From positions 64,725 through 128,724 of the forward strand of contig JBAYHI010000002.1 of the NCBI GenBank assembly GCA_041666205.1: a DNA stretch of 64,000 nt, in the 5' to 3' direction. The notes beneath the pieces were generated by a model. That model ran no database searches. It was not told the DNA's origin and saw nothing but the letters and a program-made list of their open reading frames with translations. Below, piece by piece: positions 49,138 through 60,270 of the stretch (position 1 is its first letter; every line of letters begins with the position of its first letter). Source of the DNA: Patescibacteria group bacterium. Its GTDB lineage: Bacteria > Patescibacteriota > Patescibacteriia > UBA9934. The position numbers were made by a program, and so were the translations under genes.

Positions 49138-49605
49138 TTATTTTTTTATGGATTGAATCACCTTCAACAATTCGTCCGAACGACGCGAAGGGATGGCAAT
49201 GGTTTTTCCAGAAGACAACCGGAACATCACTCCGCCTTTACATGGAGAAAAAAGTAAGCTCTTCATTTGTTTGAGTTGCGTTGTTTCCTTTTTCTCCTTT
49301 GGAATGATCGGGGTTGCAAAATCACGAAAGAAAAAGCATGGTGCGATTTCTACAATATCCTTGAGAGGATATATTTCCGTTTCATTTTTTGTAACAAATG
49401 TTAACGTCGTGCCCTGGACAGAAACCGTATATTTCTTCGTGAGGCGAATCATGGAACTCACCACAAAAACAAATGCAATAAAACCCACGGTCCACGCGTT
49501 ACTATACAAATACGCGAGCGTGCTAAGAATAAGAAAAAGCACGACCGGAAAAATCATATTCTGAATTTTGTATCGGATGACCTCTTCAAAATTTGGTTGG
49601 TCCAT
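49138..49605 (-). CDS. hypothetical membrane protein
   Basis: 155 aa, two N-terminal TM helices then a soluble domain. Confidence 0.4.
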   Translation of the reverse strand: MDQPNFEEVIRYKIQNMIFPVVLFLILSTLAYLYSNAWTVGFIAFVFVVSSMIRLTKKYTVSVQGTTLTFVTKNETEIYPLKDIVEIAPCFFFRDFATPIIPKEKKETTQLKQMKSLLFSPCKGGVMFRLSSGKTIAIPSRRSDELLKVIQSIKK

Positions 49606-49608
49606 ATG

Positions 49609-50034
49609 TTAATTATTTAACGCGTCAAAATCCCCATGTAAAATCGTTGGCTGAAACGACGCAACTTCATGTGCCCAGCGGTGATCCTCAGGGTTTGGAT
49701 GAGCGAATAAAAGGAAAATCTCTTTCCCTAGATAATACGCAAGTCCCATTTCCATGAGCGACGACGTGCCAATATACCCGTCAACGCCATTCTTGGGATA
49801 ATTCAGGAAAACCACGCTGTCACTTTGCGCCAATAAATCAAAACAGCGCTTCATGACATTGTTCTCAATAAGATGCGCCCGATCGACAGTCAAATCATCA
49901 ATTAACCCCGAATCCTCTACATGCAATTCTGCATCACACGGAACAAAAACCTCGTGGCCCATTTTTGATAGTTGCGCCTGAACGTCTAGCATTTCCTTTG
50001 CAAATGACATGCTCCCGCACAACATGATTTTCAT
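49609..50034 (-). CDS. nucleoside 2-deoxyribosyltransferase/Rcl-like protein
   Basis: 141 aa; IMLCGSMSFAKEM; paralog of 48716..49129. Confidence 0.45.
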   Translation of the reverse strand: MKIMLCGSMSFAKEMLDVQAQLSKMGHEVFVPCDAELHVEDSGLIDDLTVDRAHLIENNVMKRCFDLLAQSDSVVFLNYPKNGVDGYIGTSSLMEMGLAYYLGKEIFLLFAHPNPEDHRWAHEVASFQPTILHGDFDALNN

Positions 50035-50451
50035 ACGATAATCCCTCGTTTTAAAAGATCCGGAAGAATGTGGACACGGATAGTTTCACTCGCCTCTGGA
50101 TTTTCTAAGTCTTCTCGCCCAAGCCACCCGATGGCGGTAATTTCCGAACTCGCAACTGGCGTGCCGGTAAATGTGCCGGAATATAATTTGATATTCACGG
50201 TTTTTCCTGGCATGCCAGAAGCCGGAGCTTCGTATTCGGCAATAAATTTTACGCTCTCAATATCGAGCTCACAATTGATTTCTTCTTTGATTTCACGAAC
50301 CAATGCTTGCTCGAGCGTTTCTCCGTGTTCAATTTTCCCGCCCGGCATGAGCCATTGCGACAAAATTCCATCGCGCGTTTTGCGATCGACTAAGAATTTC
50401 GTTTTGTCGTCATTGAGAACCAAGAGGGCGCTTTTGTTGATGTCAGCCATA
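50031..50451 (-). CDS. NUDIX hydrolase
   Basis: NUDIX box GGKIEHGETLEQALVREIKEEIN. Start at MADINKS, just after the secA stop; upstream part of the track ORF overlaps secA in another frame. Confidence 0.7.
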
Positions 50452-53265
50452 TTATGCTCCGTGGCACTTCTTATATTTTTTCCCCGACCCGCAAGGACAT
50501 GGATCATTGCGTCCAACCTTGGCAACACCGGATGAGTCCGAGACGGACTGCGCGGCGCGGTGAATTTTTGCTTCTTCTCCGCCCGATGTTTTTTGCGCGC
50601 CACTGAATTGCAAATTCGCCTTCTCAATGACGCTTGGCGCCATGGCAATGAGTTGCTGGGCGGCGGCAGTTTGCTTGAGGATTCGGAACACGTTGTAGAC
50701 GACTTCGTGTTCAATATTTTCGATCATGCCATTGAAGAGATCAAACGATTCGCGTTTGTATTCCACAAGCGGATCGTGCTGACCGTATCCTTGCAACCCA
50801 ATGCTTCGACGCAAGTACGTCATGTTTTCAAGATGCGAAATCCACGCATTGTCGATGGTGCGCAAAAGGATGGTGCGTTCAATACGATGCAAGAGCTCCT
50901 TGTTCTGGAACTGTGCTTCCACATTGGCAAACTGCCGCCGCACCAAGGCCATGGTGCCCTCAATTACTGCCGTGCGCTGCGCTGCCAATCGCTCGCGATC
51001 TTTTGAAATCTCGCGAAGTTCAAGACGAACAAGCGTTTCAAATTCTTCGTCAACGTCAACGATGGTTTTGAAGACCTCAATAATTTCTTTCGGATCCCAA
51101 TCACCTTTTACTTTCAAATCCCCTTCTTTGAACTGATCCGGGATATCGTGAATCTCGGCAATATCGCCCGTGTGGAATAGCACAACGCGTTCAATTTCGC
51201 GCTCCATGTGCTTCAAAACTTCTTCGCGTGGCGAGAACATCTCGTCGCAAAGCACTTTCTTACGTCGCTCGTAAATTGTCTGGCGATGTTTGTTCAAAAC
51301 GTCATCGTATTCAAGCACGTGCTTTCGGGTATCGAAGTGATAGCCCTCAACGCGCACCTGCGCTTTTTCGAGCGAACTCGTCACCATCTTGCTTTCAATC
51401 GGCGTCTTCTCATCCATCTTGAGCGCATTCATCATGCCCTTAATGCGATCGGTTCCAAATACGCGCATCAAATCGTCTTCAAGCGACACGAAAAATTGCG
51501 TGCTCCCCGGATCGCCCTGTCGCCCAGCGCGACCACGAAGCTGATTGTCAATGCGACGTGATTCGTGACGCTCAGTGCCGATGACGTGCAGTCCCCCAAG
51601 TCCGCGCATGGTTTCTTGCTCGGCTTTATCGGGAGGATTTCCACCCAAAATGATGTCGACACCACGTCCAGCCATGTTCGTGGCAAGGGTGACCGCCCCA
51701 CGATGACCAGCCTGGGCAATGATTTGCGCTTCACGCTCGTGGTTTTTAGCATTGAGCATTTCGTGCGGAACGTTTGCCGCGCTCAAGAGTTCGTGCAGGA
51801 GTTCGTTTTTCTCGATCGAAACCGTTCCAACGAGCACCGGCTGGCCTTTTTCATGCAAGGCTTTGACTTCATCAACAACCGAAAGCCATTTTCCTTTTTC
51901 AGATTTATAAATGCGATCAGTCAAATCTTTTCGAACGCAATCTCGGTGCGTTGGAATTTCGGCAACCTCCAGTTTGTAGATTTTGAAAAACTCTTCGGCT
52001 TCCGTGGCAGCAGTTCCAGTCATGCCTGAGAGTTTTTTATACATGCGGAAATAATTCTGGAACGTGATGGTTGCCATGGTGCGACTTTCACGCTTGATTT
52101 CCACCGCTTCTTTTGCCTCAATGGCTTGATGCAGTCCATCGGAATATCGACGACCTTCCATGATACGACCAGTAAACTCATCAACAATTTTTACTTCGCC
52201 ACCCACGACCACGTATTCACGATCCTTTTTGAAAATCGCATGAGCCTTAAGAGCTTGCTCGGCATAATGAATGAATTGGAATTGCGCCGCAGCGTAGAGG
52301 TTATCCACTCCCAAGCGTTGCTCGATCTTTTTAAGACCGGCCTCGGTATACGTTGACACACGCATTTTTTCGTCGACATTGTAATCCTCGTTTTCTTTCA
52401 AATCGTTTACGATGCCTGCGAATTTATAATATAAATCCGCGGACTCTTCTGCTGGAGCAGAAATAATAAGTGGCGTGCGGGCTTCGTCGATGAGAATCGA
52501 ATCGATTTCGTCCACAATCGCGTAATGCAATTCGCGTTGCGCCATCTGCTCCTTATCGGTTGCCATATTGTCGCGCAAATAATCGAATCCAAATTCATTA
52601 TTTGTGCCGTACGTGATATCAGCCGTATACGCTTCGCGACGACTGGCCGGTCGCAAGAAATCCATTTGCACCAAAAACGATCCGGTCGTATCGCGTTCAA
52701 CATCCTCTTTTTCCTCCGCGCGGAACGTATCGTCGTAGCGATATCCGCCCTCGTGTTGAATGACGCCAATGGTGAGCCCTAAGAAATAGAAAATCTGTCC
52801 CATCCACACGGCATCGCGTTTTGCCAAGTAATCGTTGACAGTAACAACATGCGTGCCTTTTCCTTCAAGTGCATTGAGATAAATTGAAAGCGTTGACGTG
52901 AGAGTTTTTCCTTCACCAGTTCTCATTTCTGCAATCATGCCGCGATGCAAAGCAAATCCACCCATAAGCTGAACATCGTAGTGTCGCTGATGAAGGGTGC
53001 GACCAGACGCTTCGCGCACAACAGCGAACGCCTCAAACGAAATGTCGTCGAGGCTCTCACCTTTTTCGAGGCGGGCCTTGAATTCAGCGGTTTTTGCTTT
53101 GAGCGCATCGTCTGAAAGCGCTTTGATTGTTTCTTCGAATGCATTGACCTTTGCAACATCTTCGCGCAGGCCAGCAATCATTTTGATGTTGGGGTCTCCA
53201 AAAAGGGCCTTCCAAATATTTGCCATAATAGCCCCCAGGATACGTTTTATGGGGATAAAAATCAA
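50452..53265 (-). CDS. secA: preprotein translocase ATPase SecA
   Basis: DEAD-like motor, 937 aa, C-terminal zinc-binding [14 protein letters not shown]; TTG start. Confidence 0.95.
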   Translation of the reverse strand: MIFIPIKRILGAIMANIWKALFGDPNIKMIAGLREDVAKVNAFEETIKALSDDALKAKTAEFKARLEKGESLDDISFEAFAVVREASGRTLHQRHYDVQLMGGFALHRGMIAEMRTGEGKTLTSTLSIYLNALEGKGTHVVTVNDYLAKRDAVWMGQIFYFLGLTIGVIQHEGGYRYDDTFRAEEKEDVERDTTGSFLVQMDFLRPASRREAYTADITYGTNNEFGFDYLRDNMATDKEQMAQRELHYAIVDEIDSILIDEARTPLIISAPAEESADLYYKFAGIVNDLKENEDYNVDEKMRVSTYTEAGLKKIEQRLGVDNLYAAAQFQFIHYAEQALKAHAIFKKDREYVVVGGEVKIVDEFTGRIMEGRRYSDGLHQAIEAKEAVEIKRESRTMATITFQNYFRMYKKLSGMTGTAATEAEEFFKIYKLEVAEIPTHRDCVRKDLTDRIYKSEKGKWLSVVDEVKALHEKGQPVLVGTVSIEKNELLHELLSAANVPHEMLNAKNHEREAQIIAQAGHRGAVTLATNMAGRGVDIILGGNPPDKAEQETMRGLGGLHVIGTERHESRRIDNQLRGRAGRQGDPGSTQFFVSLEDDLMRVFGTDRIKGMMNALKMDEKTPIESKMVTSSLEKAQVRVEGYHFDTRKHVLEYDDVLNKHRQTIYERRKKVLCDEMFSPREEVLKHMEREIERVVLFHTGDIAEIHDIPDQFKEGDLKVKGDWDPKEIIEVFKTIVDVDEEFETLVRLELREISKDRERLAAQRTAVIEGTMALVRRQFANVEAQFQNKELLHRIERTILLRTIDNAWISHLENMTYLRRSIGLQGYGQHDPLVEYKRESFDLFNGMIENIEHEVVYNVFRILKQTAAAQQLIAMAPSVIEKANLQFSGAQKTSGGEEAKIHRAAQSVSDSSGVAKVGRNDPCPCGSGKKYKKCHGA

Positions 53266-53299
53266 ATTTCGGCTTGCTAGCGAGAATGAATCGTCACCA

Positions 53300-53944
53300 T
53301 CACTTTGTTAAGGTGCATAAATATGCGATATTTACTTTGGTTATGTCTTCTATCTTTAAATCTGCTCGAAGAAAAATATTTTCCAATTGTTCTTTAGAAA
53401 ATTGCTCGGAGATGTTGTCACCCACACTTTCATCAAAAATGACTTTTCCATTTTCTATGGTTTTAATCGTAATCCCTGATGCTTTATAGACTTTTATTCT
53501 TTCTTCTAACGCATCTTCGGAAAACACGCTAACAATAATTTTTCCAGAGTTTTTTAGGACTCGTTTCATTTCTGCAAGAACAATAAATTTCTTATCCGCA
53601 AAATTCGCAAACGTTGTCATACAGACAACAAAATCAAATTCATTATTCTCAAAAGGTAATTTTGTTGCATCGGCTTTGAAAATTTTGATTGTAGGATAAC
53701 CAGAAAAATGATCTTTTGCATCAGTGATCGCCTTGTCATCATGATCAATACCAATGACATTTTTGGTCACCGGTAACATGTCGAGAATACTTCTTCCATC
53801 CCCACAGCCTACTTCGAGAACTGAGGCATTGGGAGTTATTATTTTCTGAAGATATTTTTTCTCTTCTTCGAACCATTTGTGATAGGAATTAGGTAGATTT
53901 TTTAAAATATACTCCCAATAATCAGTATTTGTCTTCATAGACAT
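53300..53944 (-). CDS. class I SAM-dependent methyltransferase (AT-rich island)
   Basis: Motif [11 protein letters not shown], 214 aa. Local GC roughly 25-35%, far below the genome. Confidence 0.7.
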   Translation of the reverse strand: MSMKTNTDYWEYILKNLPNSYHKWFEEEKKYLQKIITPNASVLEVGCGDGRSILDMLPVTKNVIGIDHDDKAITDAKDHFSGYPTIKIFKADATKLPFENNEFDFVVCMTTFANFADKKFIVLAEMKRVLKNSGKIIVSVFSEDALEERIKVYKASGITIKTIENGKVIFDESVGDNISEQFSKEQLENIFLRADLKIEDITKVNIAYLCTLTK

Positions 53945-53982
53945 AACAAAAGTTGATATTTATGTTTCTTACATCCAATACC

Positions 53983-54027
53983 TTGTGAGCTGGATTCGTG
54001 AGAATATAAACGTAAAACTCTCGCATA
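53983..54027 (-). pseudogene. truncated GIY-YIG gene remnant (first about 14 codons only)
   Basis: Reverse complement reads ATG CGA GAG TTT TAC GTT TAT ATT CTC ACG AAT CCA GCT CAC (MREFYVYILTNPAH), matching the intact copies. Sequence then switches to the AT-rich methyltransferase island. Confidence 0.5.
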
Positions 54028-54064
54028 TAAATTCAAACTTGTTTGTCATCTTTCACCCTCTTTT

Positions 54065-54527
54065 CGTCATCCTGAGCGATAGCGAAGGATCCCTCGACAA
54101 TTATCTTGAGATCCATTCGTCGCTGAATTTCTTTTTGCTCCTCAGGATGACGAATGAAAGGAGATGCTCCATTTTTTCCCCGTCATCCTGAGCGATAGCG
54201 AAGGATCTCACGACAACTCATCATATAGGTCCTTCCATTCTGGATTCAATGAATTGATTAGCGCTTCTTTTTTATTTCTCTTCCACCCTTTAATACGTTT
54301 TTCAGCTTCTATCGCCGTCGTCGGCCCCTCACAAACATCAAAATAGACAAGCTTTTTGAGATTATATTTCTTTGTAAATCCTTCAATTTTCTTTGCTCGA
54401 TGTTCTTGAACTCTGCGCAAAAGATCATTTGTCACTCCGGTATACAAAACTGTGTGGGCCGGATTAGTGAGAATATAAACGTAAAATTCTCGCATATCTT
54501 GGGATCCTTCACTTCGTTCAGGATGAC
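54065..54527 (-). mobile_element. GIY-YIG mini-element copy 2
   Basis: Composite hairpin CGTCATCCTGAG...CTCAGGATGACG (54065-54152), 3' IR 54181-54209, gene 54208..54495, 5' IR 54502-54527. Same parts as copy 1 but hairpin on the opposite side. Confidence 0.65.
54208..54495 (-). CDS. GIY-YIG family nuclease (95 aa)
   Basis: About 80% identical to 12293..12580; GIY-YIG core motifs. Confidence 0.8.
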   Translation of the reverse strand: MREFYVYILTNPAHTVLYTGVTNDLLRRVQEHRAKKIEGFTKKYNLKKLVYFDVCEGPTTAIEAEKRIKGWKRNKKEALINSLNPEWKDLYDELS

Positions 54528-54559
54528 GGCAGAGGGAAAATGATAATTTAAGAGTTCAA

Positions 54560-54910
54560 TTAGATTTCTTCGATCGGTTCTTCCGCTGGCTGGCGATCGG
54601 CTTCCTGCAATTTCTCCTTATACTTGATGACCTGACGCTTCAAATCATCGGTTGCAGTATCAATCGCTGCGTACAAATCTTCTTCAACCGCTTCGGCACG
54701 CAATACGATGCCTGGAATCGTGAGATTATATTCTGCGCGATAAATCTTTCCCTTATTTTGCCCATTGCCGGTTTTTCCGACTTCAATGCGAACGTCACAG
54801 GGTTCAAATTTTTCTGTCATTTTTGCAATCGAATCCAATTTCTTTTCCGAATATTCCTTAATCGCCTCGGTGAGATCGAGCAAAGTGCCTAGCGTTTCTA
54901 CGACTCTCAT
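54560..54910 (-). CDS. hpf: ribosome hibernation promoting factor
   Basis: 116-aa RaiA/HPF fold pattern (KLDSIAKM...VRIEVG...YRAEYNLTIPG). Confidence 0.8.
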   Translation of the reverse strand: MRVVETLGTLLDLTEAIKEYSEKKLDSIAKMTEKFEPCDVRIEVGKTGNGQNKGKIYRAEYNLTIPGIVLRAEAVEEDLYAAIDTATDDLKRQVIKYKEKLQEADRQPAEEPIEEI

Positions 54911-54928
54911 ATAAAAATTCGTTAAGAA

Positions 54929-55900
54929 TTAATTTGAAAAACCAATGAGTTGAATCTCTTCCTCCAGTTCAATCCCAAATTTCTCACGCACCGCAGATTT
55001 TATCTCCTGGATGAGATCAAAAATATTTTGCGCCGTGGCATGCCCACGATTCAAAATAAAGTTCCCATGTTTTTCACTAATTTTCGCGTCGCCGAGCATC
55101 TTCCCTTTGAGACCCAGCTGATCAATGAGCCATCCCGTGGCAATGCGTCTGTCGGCCTGCATTTGACCTGGCAGGTCCGCAACCGCCTGAACGCGCGCAA
55201 GCTCTTCGTCGGATTTCAGATTGTAATTTTTGAACGCGCATCCAGCCGAACCAGCACTGAGCGGTTGCGAAGCATTTCGTTTCTCCACTAGTTCTGCAAC
55301 ACGCGCTTTCAAAATCTCCGAGTCCCCTGGATGAAGTGCTAGTTCAACGCGCAGCACGATGTCGCCATTGTGCTTCAAAATCGAATCGCGATATCCAAAC
55401 TGTAAGTCCGCATTCGTCAATTGGACCACTTCTCCATCGCGTAGCACTTCAACCATGCTCACATTATCTTTCATTTCCCCACCAAAACAGCCGGCATTGC
55501 CACGCACCGCTCCGCCCATGGTGCCCGGAAGCGACGCGCCCCATTCGAACCCTTCTAGCCCGGCCTCGGCCGATTGCCTGGCCGTTAGCGCTGTGAGCGC
55601 ACCAGCCTCGGCCACCACGTTTGATCCGTTGATCTCAACTTTGCGCAACGCCATTTGCAGCACGATCCCACGAAACCCTTCGTCGGAAAACAGCACGTTT
55701 GTGCCCCCGCCAATCACAACCATCGGAACACCTGCATCGCGGGCAACCCGCGTGGCACCAATCACATCCTCCACACTTCGCGCTTCCACAAACCAATCCG
55801 CCTCCCCGCCAACGCGGTAGGTGGAATGTTTTGCCATGGGTTCGTGCTCTTTCACCCGATCCCCAAATAATTCTTTCAATTTTGCGGTAATATCTTCCAT
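54929..55900 (-). CDS. murB: UDP-N-acetylenolpyruvoylglucosamine reductase
   Basis: FAD-binding VIGGGTNVLFSDEGFRG and C-terminal MurB domain. Confidence 0.9.
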   Translation of the reverse strand: MEDITAKLKELFGDRVKEHEPMAKHSTYRVGGEADWFVEARSVEDVIGATRVARDAGVPMVVIGGGTNVLFSDEGFRGIVLQMALRKVEINGSNVVAEAGALTALTARQSAEAGLEGFEWGASLPGTMGGAVRGNAGCFGGEMKDNVSMVEVLRDGEVVQLTNADLQFGYRDSILKHNGDIVLRVELALHPGDSEILKARVAELVEKRNASQPLSAGSAGCAFKNYNLKSDEELARVQAVADLPGQMQADRRIATGWLIDQLGLKGKMLGDAKISEKHGNFILNRGHATAQNIFDLIQEIKSAVREKFGIELEEEIQLIGFSN

Positions 55901-55902
55901 AC

Positions 55903-57228
55903 TTATTTTGCGAGTTTACGTGCCAAATCATCAATCGTGCCAGCGCCCATAAACACCACAACGTCGCCTGCCTGCACCATATCGGTGAGTTCAACTTCTG
56001 CCGTATCGTAATCTTTGGCGTACCGGATATCTCGAATCGTGTCACGTTTTTTGATTTCTGTCATGAGCATCTCGCTTGTGACTTCTCGACCTTCTTCATT
56101 GCGCCCAGCCACTTCGTAAATCTCACACAAAAGGAGTCCGTCAACGCCGTCAAACGATGTGACAAAATCATCAAAGAGTTCTTTGGTGCGTGCATGCTGG
56201 TGTGGCTCAAAGCACAAAATCACCCGACGATTTTCGAAAAATTCTTTCATCGCCTCAATCGTTCCTTTGATAGCGGTTGGATGATGCGCGTAATCTGAAT
56301 AGATGTCGGCGTCATGCCAAATGCCTAAATGCTCAAACCGGCGCCACGTGCCGTGAAACCCAGCAAGCGACTCACTCGCGATTCCCGGCTCGATGCCAAT
56401 TGCGCGCGCAGCAGTCATGGCAGCTGCCGCATTCATTGCATTGAACATTCCAGGGATCGTGAGACGCACCGGATCGCCGGCAACAAGAAAATGTTGGGCG
56501 CCATGCTCAATCACACGCTCTTCCACATCAAATTGTGCACGTCGAGGAATCGAAAGCGATTGCGAAACGCGATCGCCTCCATTTACGACAACGCGCGCAT
56601 CGCGAGGGAGTGAATCGATCCATTCTTGGAACGTCTGCTTGATGTGATCCAAATCGCGGTAATAATCCAAATGATCTTCTTCGATATTTGTAATCACAAC
56701 CACTTCGGCAGTGATGGCTAGCATACTCGCCATATACTCACACGCTTCAACCACAAAATATTCGCCGTCCCCCATTTCCAAATTCCCATGTGAAAAATCC
56801 GGACTTTGTGTGCCAACAATCACCGTTGGTTTCAAACCTGCATCTTTGAGGATTTTTCCAAGCATGGCCGTTGTGGTGCTCTTTCCATTTGTGCCAGCAA
56901 CAGCGATGGTCTTTTTCGTTTTTGATAGTTCACCCAAGAATGCGGCGTAAGCAACTTCCTCAATTCCACGCTCCGAGGCAACCTGTCGCTCAACGTTTGT
57001 GGCTGGTACGGCTTTGGAGTAGATGACGAGGTCGCAATCTCCTGGCACGTTATCAGCAAAATGCCCAATTTTGACTTCAATCCCCATGCGATCGAGTTCC
57101 TCAATGATGGGGCTAGGGTGTACATCTGACCCGGTGACCTTGGCGCCACGTAGGAAAAACCATTTCGCAACTGCCGAAGTACCAATCCCTCCGACCCCAA
57201 TAATGTGGACAACTTTTGCGTCTAGCAT
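55903..57228 (-). CDS. murC: UDP-N-acetylmuramate--L-alanine ligase
   Basis: N-terminal GVGGIGTSAVAKW Rossmann, Mur ligase central GTNGKSTT; start likely MLDAKVV. Confidence 0.9.
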   Translation of the reverse strand: MLDAKVVHIIGVGGIGTSAVAKWFFLRGAKVTGSDVHPSPIIEELDRMGIEVKIGHFADNVPGDCDLVIYSKAVPATNVERQVASERGIEEVAYAAFLGELSKTKKTIAVAGTNGKSTTTAMLGKILKDAGLKPTVIVGTQSPDFSHGNLEMGDGEYFVVEACEYMASMLAITAEVVVITNIEEDHLDYYRDLDHIKQTFQEWIDSLPRDARVVVNGGDRVSQSLSIPRRAQFDVEERVIEHGAQHFLVAGDPVRLTIPGMFNAMNAAAAMTAARAIGIEPGIASESLAGFHGTWRRFEHLGIWHDADIYSDYAHHPTAIKGTIEAMKEFFENRRVILCFEPHQHARTKELFDDFVTSFDGVDGLLLCEIYEVAGRNEEGREVTSEMLMTEIKKRDTIRDIRYAKDYDTAEVELTDMVQAGDVVVFMGAGTIDDLARKLAK

Positions 57229-57271
57229 ATGTACTGCAATTGTAGCAAACCACAGGCGCTTTGCACATTCG

Positions 57272-57970
57272 CTATTCTTCACCGCCAAGATCGATATATC
57301 GACCGGTCGACCCCTCTTCGTTCACAGCAAAACGAGTCAAACGAAGCTCATCCAAGGTTACAGCCGCGGTATCAAAAACTGTATTCCATTCATCCATCAG
57401 TGGCATAATGAGATTTCGATCATCTTGTAAGTCCTCTGGAGAAATGTGTGTCTCCCGTATATGACCAACGATAGGGCCGCCATCACGATAAAGATCGATC
57501 GGACTATCCATGCGTGGCTGTTCGAGTGGCGTTTGGTCATTCTTTAACCAATCAACCCGAAACTGTAGGAATTCTTTCCCTGCAGGACTTTTTATTTGAG
57601 GGATAATCTTCTCGAGTCGTGTGGCGAGTCCTTTAAAACTTGCGCGAAGCCCTTCTAATTTCCTTGCGATCTCTGCTTCTTTATTTAGTTGTTCTCTTTG
57701 GGCAATATCCGTAGCAGAATCCGCCATATGCTCAAGCGCGTCAGGGTTATTTTGCTCACCGATCGTATAAGCCTTTGCGCGTGCTTCGGCTACGCGGAAA
57801 TTTGCTTCTGCAGTTGCATTCGCGACGTCCCAAGCTCCACGATCTGAGACGAACGCCTCATCCGCAATCTGCCTGTCATCATCTAAATTTTTTAACGCAA
57901 GTTGACGGCGTATTCGCGCGCGTATTTTTCGTTCTTCCAAAGGTGAAGGTGGCGTATAATATTCACTCAT
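57272..57970 (-). CDS. hypothetical protein
   Basis: About 232 aa from [10 protein letters not shown]; helical, Ala/Glu-rich; no motif. Confidence 0.4.
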   Translation of the reverse strand: MSEYYTPPSPLEERKIRARIRRQLALKNLDDDRQIADEAFVSDRGAWDVANATAEANFRVAEARAKAYTIGEQNNPDALEHMADSATDIAQREQLNKEAEIARKLEGLRASFKGLATRLEKIIPQIKSPAGKEFLQFRVDWLKNDQTPLEQPRMDSPIDLYRDGGPIVGHIRETHISPEDLQDDRNLIMPLMDEWNTVFDTAAVTLDELRLTRFAVNEEGSTGRYIDLGGEE

Positions 57971-58080
57971 ACTATTTGATTTATATACACAATCATACGT
58001 TGCTAACTTCTTTCTTCGCAATACAAACAGTTGATATTGTGCATTTTTCGTCCATCGACGTACAATGGTCGAAAACTCCT

Positions 58081-59322
58081 ATGACACTTCGATCCTACGA
58101 CCCAGCCATTGCCGACGCTCTCACGCGTGAGCTCAATCGCCAGCGCGAAGGACTTGAGATGATTCCTTCGGAAAATTTCGTTTCGCCTGCAGTACTTGAA
58201 GCACTCGGCTCGATTGCCACAAATAAATATAGCGAAGGCTACCCTGGCAAGCGCTACTACGGCGGATGTCAGTTTATCGATGAGCTTGAATCACTCGCGA
58301 TTGATCGCGCAAAGCAATTATTTGGCGCTGAGCATGTGAATGTGCAACCGCTTTCAGGCGCCCCTGCAAATATTGCGGCGTATCAAGCGCTTTTGCAACC
58401 AGGCGATACGGTGCTCGGAATGGATTTGTCACATGGCGGACATTTAACGCATGGTCACCCAGTGACGCAGTCAGCAAAGATGTACAATTTTATTCGCTAT
58501 AAAACAAACGCCGAAGGATTACTTGATCTTGAGGAACTCCGCGAACTGGCGATTGCGAATAAACCAAAACTGATTCTCGTGGGATATTCCGCCTATTCGC
58601 GTGAAATTGATTTCGCGCGCGTTAAAGAAATCGCCGATGAAGTTGGCGCCATGACCATGGCCGATATTGCCCACATTGCCGGCCTCATTGCCGCAAAGCA
58701 GATGAATAATCCAGTGCCAATTTTTGATCTTGTCACAACCACAACGCATAAAACCTTGCGTGGACCTCGTGGCGGAATGATTATGTGCAAAATGGAGCAC
58801 GCCAAAGCCGTAAACAAATCCGTGTTCCCAGGACTCCAAGGTGGACCACACGAAAACGTGATCGCTGCCAAAGCCGTGGCGTTCAAAGAAGCGCTCGAGC
58901 CCGCGTTCACGGAATATGCAATTCAAATCAAGAAAAACGCCAAGGTGCTCGAAGAAGAATTCCGCGCCAAAGGCTATACGCTTTGCTTTGGCGGAACGGA
59001 TAATCACCTCTTGCTCGTTGATCTCACAAATAAATCCGTAACCGGCCACGACGCCGAGGTTGCGCTTGATTTGGCAGGCATTACCGTCAACAAGAATATG
59101 ATTCCCGACGATCCACGCTCGCCAATGGATCCATCGGGCATTCGCTTAGGCACGCCTGCGCTCACAACGCGCGGGATGAAGGAAGCTGAAATGAAACAAA
59201 TCGCCTCCTGGATGGATGAAGCCATTACACATCCAAACGACCAGGCCGTACTCGCACGCATTCGAGATGAGGTGAAAAATCTGACATCGAAATTCCCATT
59301 GTATTCCGGGCTTTCGTATTGA
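58081..59322 (+). CDS. uncharacterized ORF (414 codons; motifs not examined, carried over as glyA-like)
   Basis: Uninterrupted plus-strand reading frame starting at ATG 58081; the longer track ORF from 57775 has an N-terminal extension before [12 protein letters not shown] did not inspect its sequence for signature motifs, so the glyA label is only a carried-over guess. Confidence 0.35.
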   Translation: MTLRSYDPAIADALTRELNRQREGLEMIPSENFVSPAVLEALGSIATNKYSEGYPGKRYYGGCQFIDELESLAIDRAKQLFGAEHVNVQPLSGAPANIAAYQALLQPGDTVLGMDLSHGGHLTHGHPVTQSAKMYNFIRYKTNAEGLLDLEELRELAIANKPKLILVGYSAYSREIDFARVKEIADEVGAMTMADIAHIAGLIAAKQMNNPVPIFDLVTTTTHKTLRGPRGGMIMCKMEHAKAVNKSVFPGLQGGPHENVIAAKAVAFKEALEPAFTEYAIQIKKNAKVLEEEFRAKGYTLCFGGTDNHLLLVDLTNKSVTGHDAEVALDLAGITVNKNMIPDDPRSPMDPSGIRLGTPALTTRGMKEAEMKQIASWMDEAITHPNDQAVLARIRDEVKNLTSKFPLYSGLSY

Positions 59323-59328
59323 TCCCCA

Positions 59329-59399
59329 ACGGGCGGACACATGGGGCCGCCCCTACAGAATCATCAATCACGTAGGGCAAGGCGCGCCTTGCCCTTACG
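59329..59399. repeat. hairpin-pair intergenic repeat, copy C
   Basis: ACGGGCGGACACATGGGGCCGCCC-CTACAGAATC...CGTAGGGCAAGGCGCGCCTTGCCCTTACG between the 58081..59322 ORF and folD. Confidence 0.55.
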
Positions 59400-59427
59400 A
59401 TGAATTTCTGCTATCCTGACGCCTATT

Positions 59428-60270
59428 ATGGCAGAAATGATTCATGGCCGAGTGCTTGCCCAAAAAATCCGCGAGCAAGTCAAAAACCAAGTTGAAACAT
59501 TTGCACACCCGCCAGGGCTTGCAGCCATTATTGTTGGCACCGATCCGGCGTCACGTCTTTATGTGCATTTAAAAGAAGAGGCTGCAAAAGAAGCTGGAAT
59601 CTTTTTTGAGAAACTCGATTTTCCAGAAGACGTCACCACCGGCAAACTCGTAAAAGAAATCAAACGTCTCAATGATCGCGACGACATCGCGGGCATTTTG
59701 GTTCAGCTCCCTTTGCCAAACCACGACGAAGATAAGGTGATCGCCGCCATCAATCCCGATAAAGACGTCGATGGATTTCACCCAAAGAACCGTGAACGCT
59801 TGACAAAAAATGAGCCCGTGCTTGTGCCACCGGTTGTACTGGCTGTCATGCAACTCATTGAAGCTACACGTCAGCCACTGCGTGGGAAAAAAGCGGTGAT
59901 TATTGGAAACAATCCGATTTTCTCTGAACCGATTGTGCATCTCATGAAGGATTTGGAAATCGACGCAGAATTTGTAAAAAAATCCGACAAAAAGCTTACG
60001 GAAAAATCTTCTGTTGCCGATATTATTGTGGTTGCGGTTGGACAGCGCAATTTCTTAAAGCCAGAACTCGTGAAAGACGGCGCCATTATTGTTGACGTTG
60101 GAACAAATAAATCTGGCGATCGTGTTGTGGGCGACATCACTTCAGAAGCAAAAGAAAAAGCAGGGTTTGTGAGCCCGGTGCCTGGTGGCGTTGGACCACT
60201 CACTGTTGCCTATCTTCTCATGAACGTGGCGCGTGCCAATGAACTCATGCGGAAAAAACGCGAGGCCTAA
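59428..60270 (+). CDS. folD: bifunctional methylenetetrahydrofolate dehydrogenase/cyclohydrolase
   Basis: 280 aa, FolD N- and C-terminal Rossmann (VGQRNFLKPE...GGVGPLTVA). Confidence 0.9.
   Translation: MAEMIHGRVLAQKIREQVKNQVETFAHPPGLAAIIVGTDPASRLYVHLKEEAAKEAGIFFEKLDFPEDVTTGKLVKEIKRLNDRDDIAGILVQLPLPNHDEDKVIAAINPDKDVDGFHPKNRERLTKNEPVLVPPVVLAVMQLIEATRQPLRGKKAVIIGNNPIFSEPIVHLMKDLEIDAEFVKKSDKKLTEKSSVADIIVVAVGQRNFLKPELVKDGAIIVDVGTNKSGDRVVGDITSEAKEKAGFVSPVPGGVGPLTVAYLLMNVARANELMRKKREA

Noticed and set aside
50448-50456. Apparent 1-nt inconsistency between my reading of the secA stop / NUDIX start and the track coordinates
   Set aside because: Most likely a transcription or indexing slip on my side. 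It does not change gene calls, and the coordinates given follow the track.
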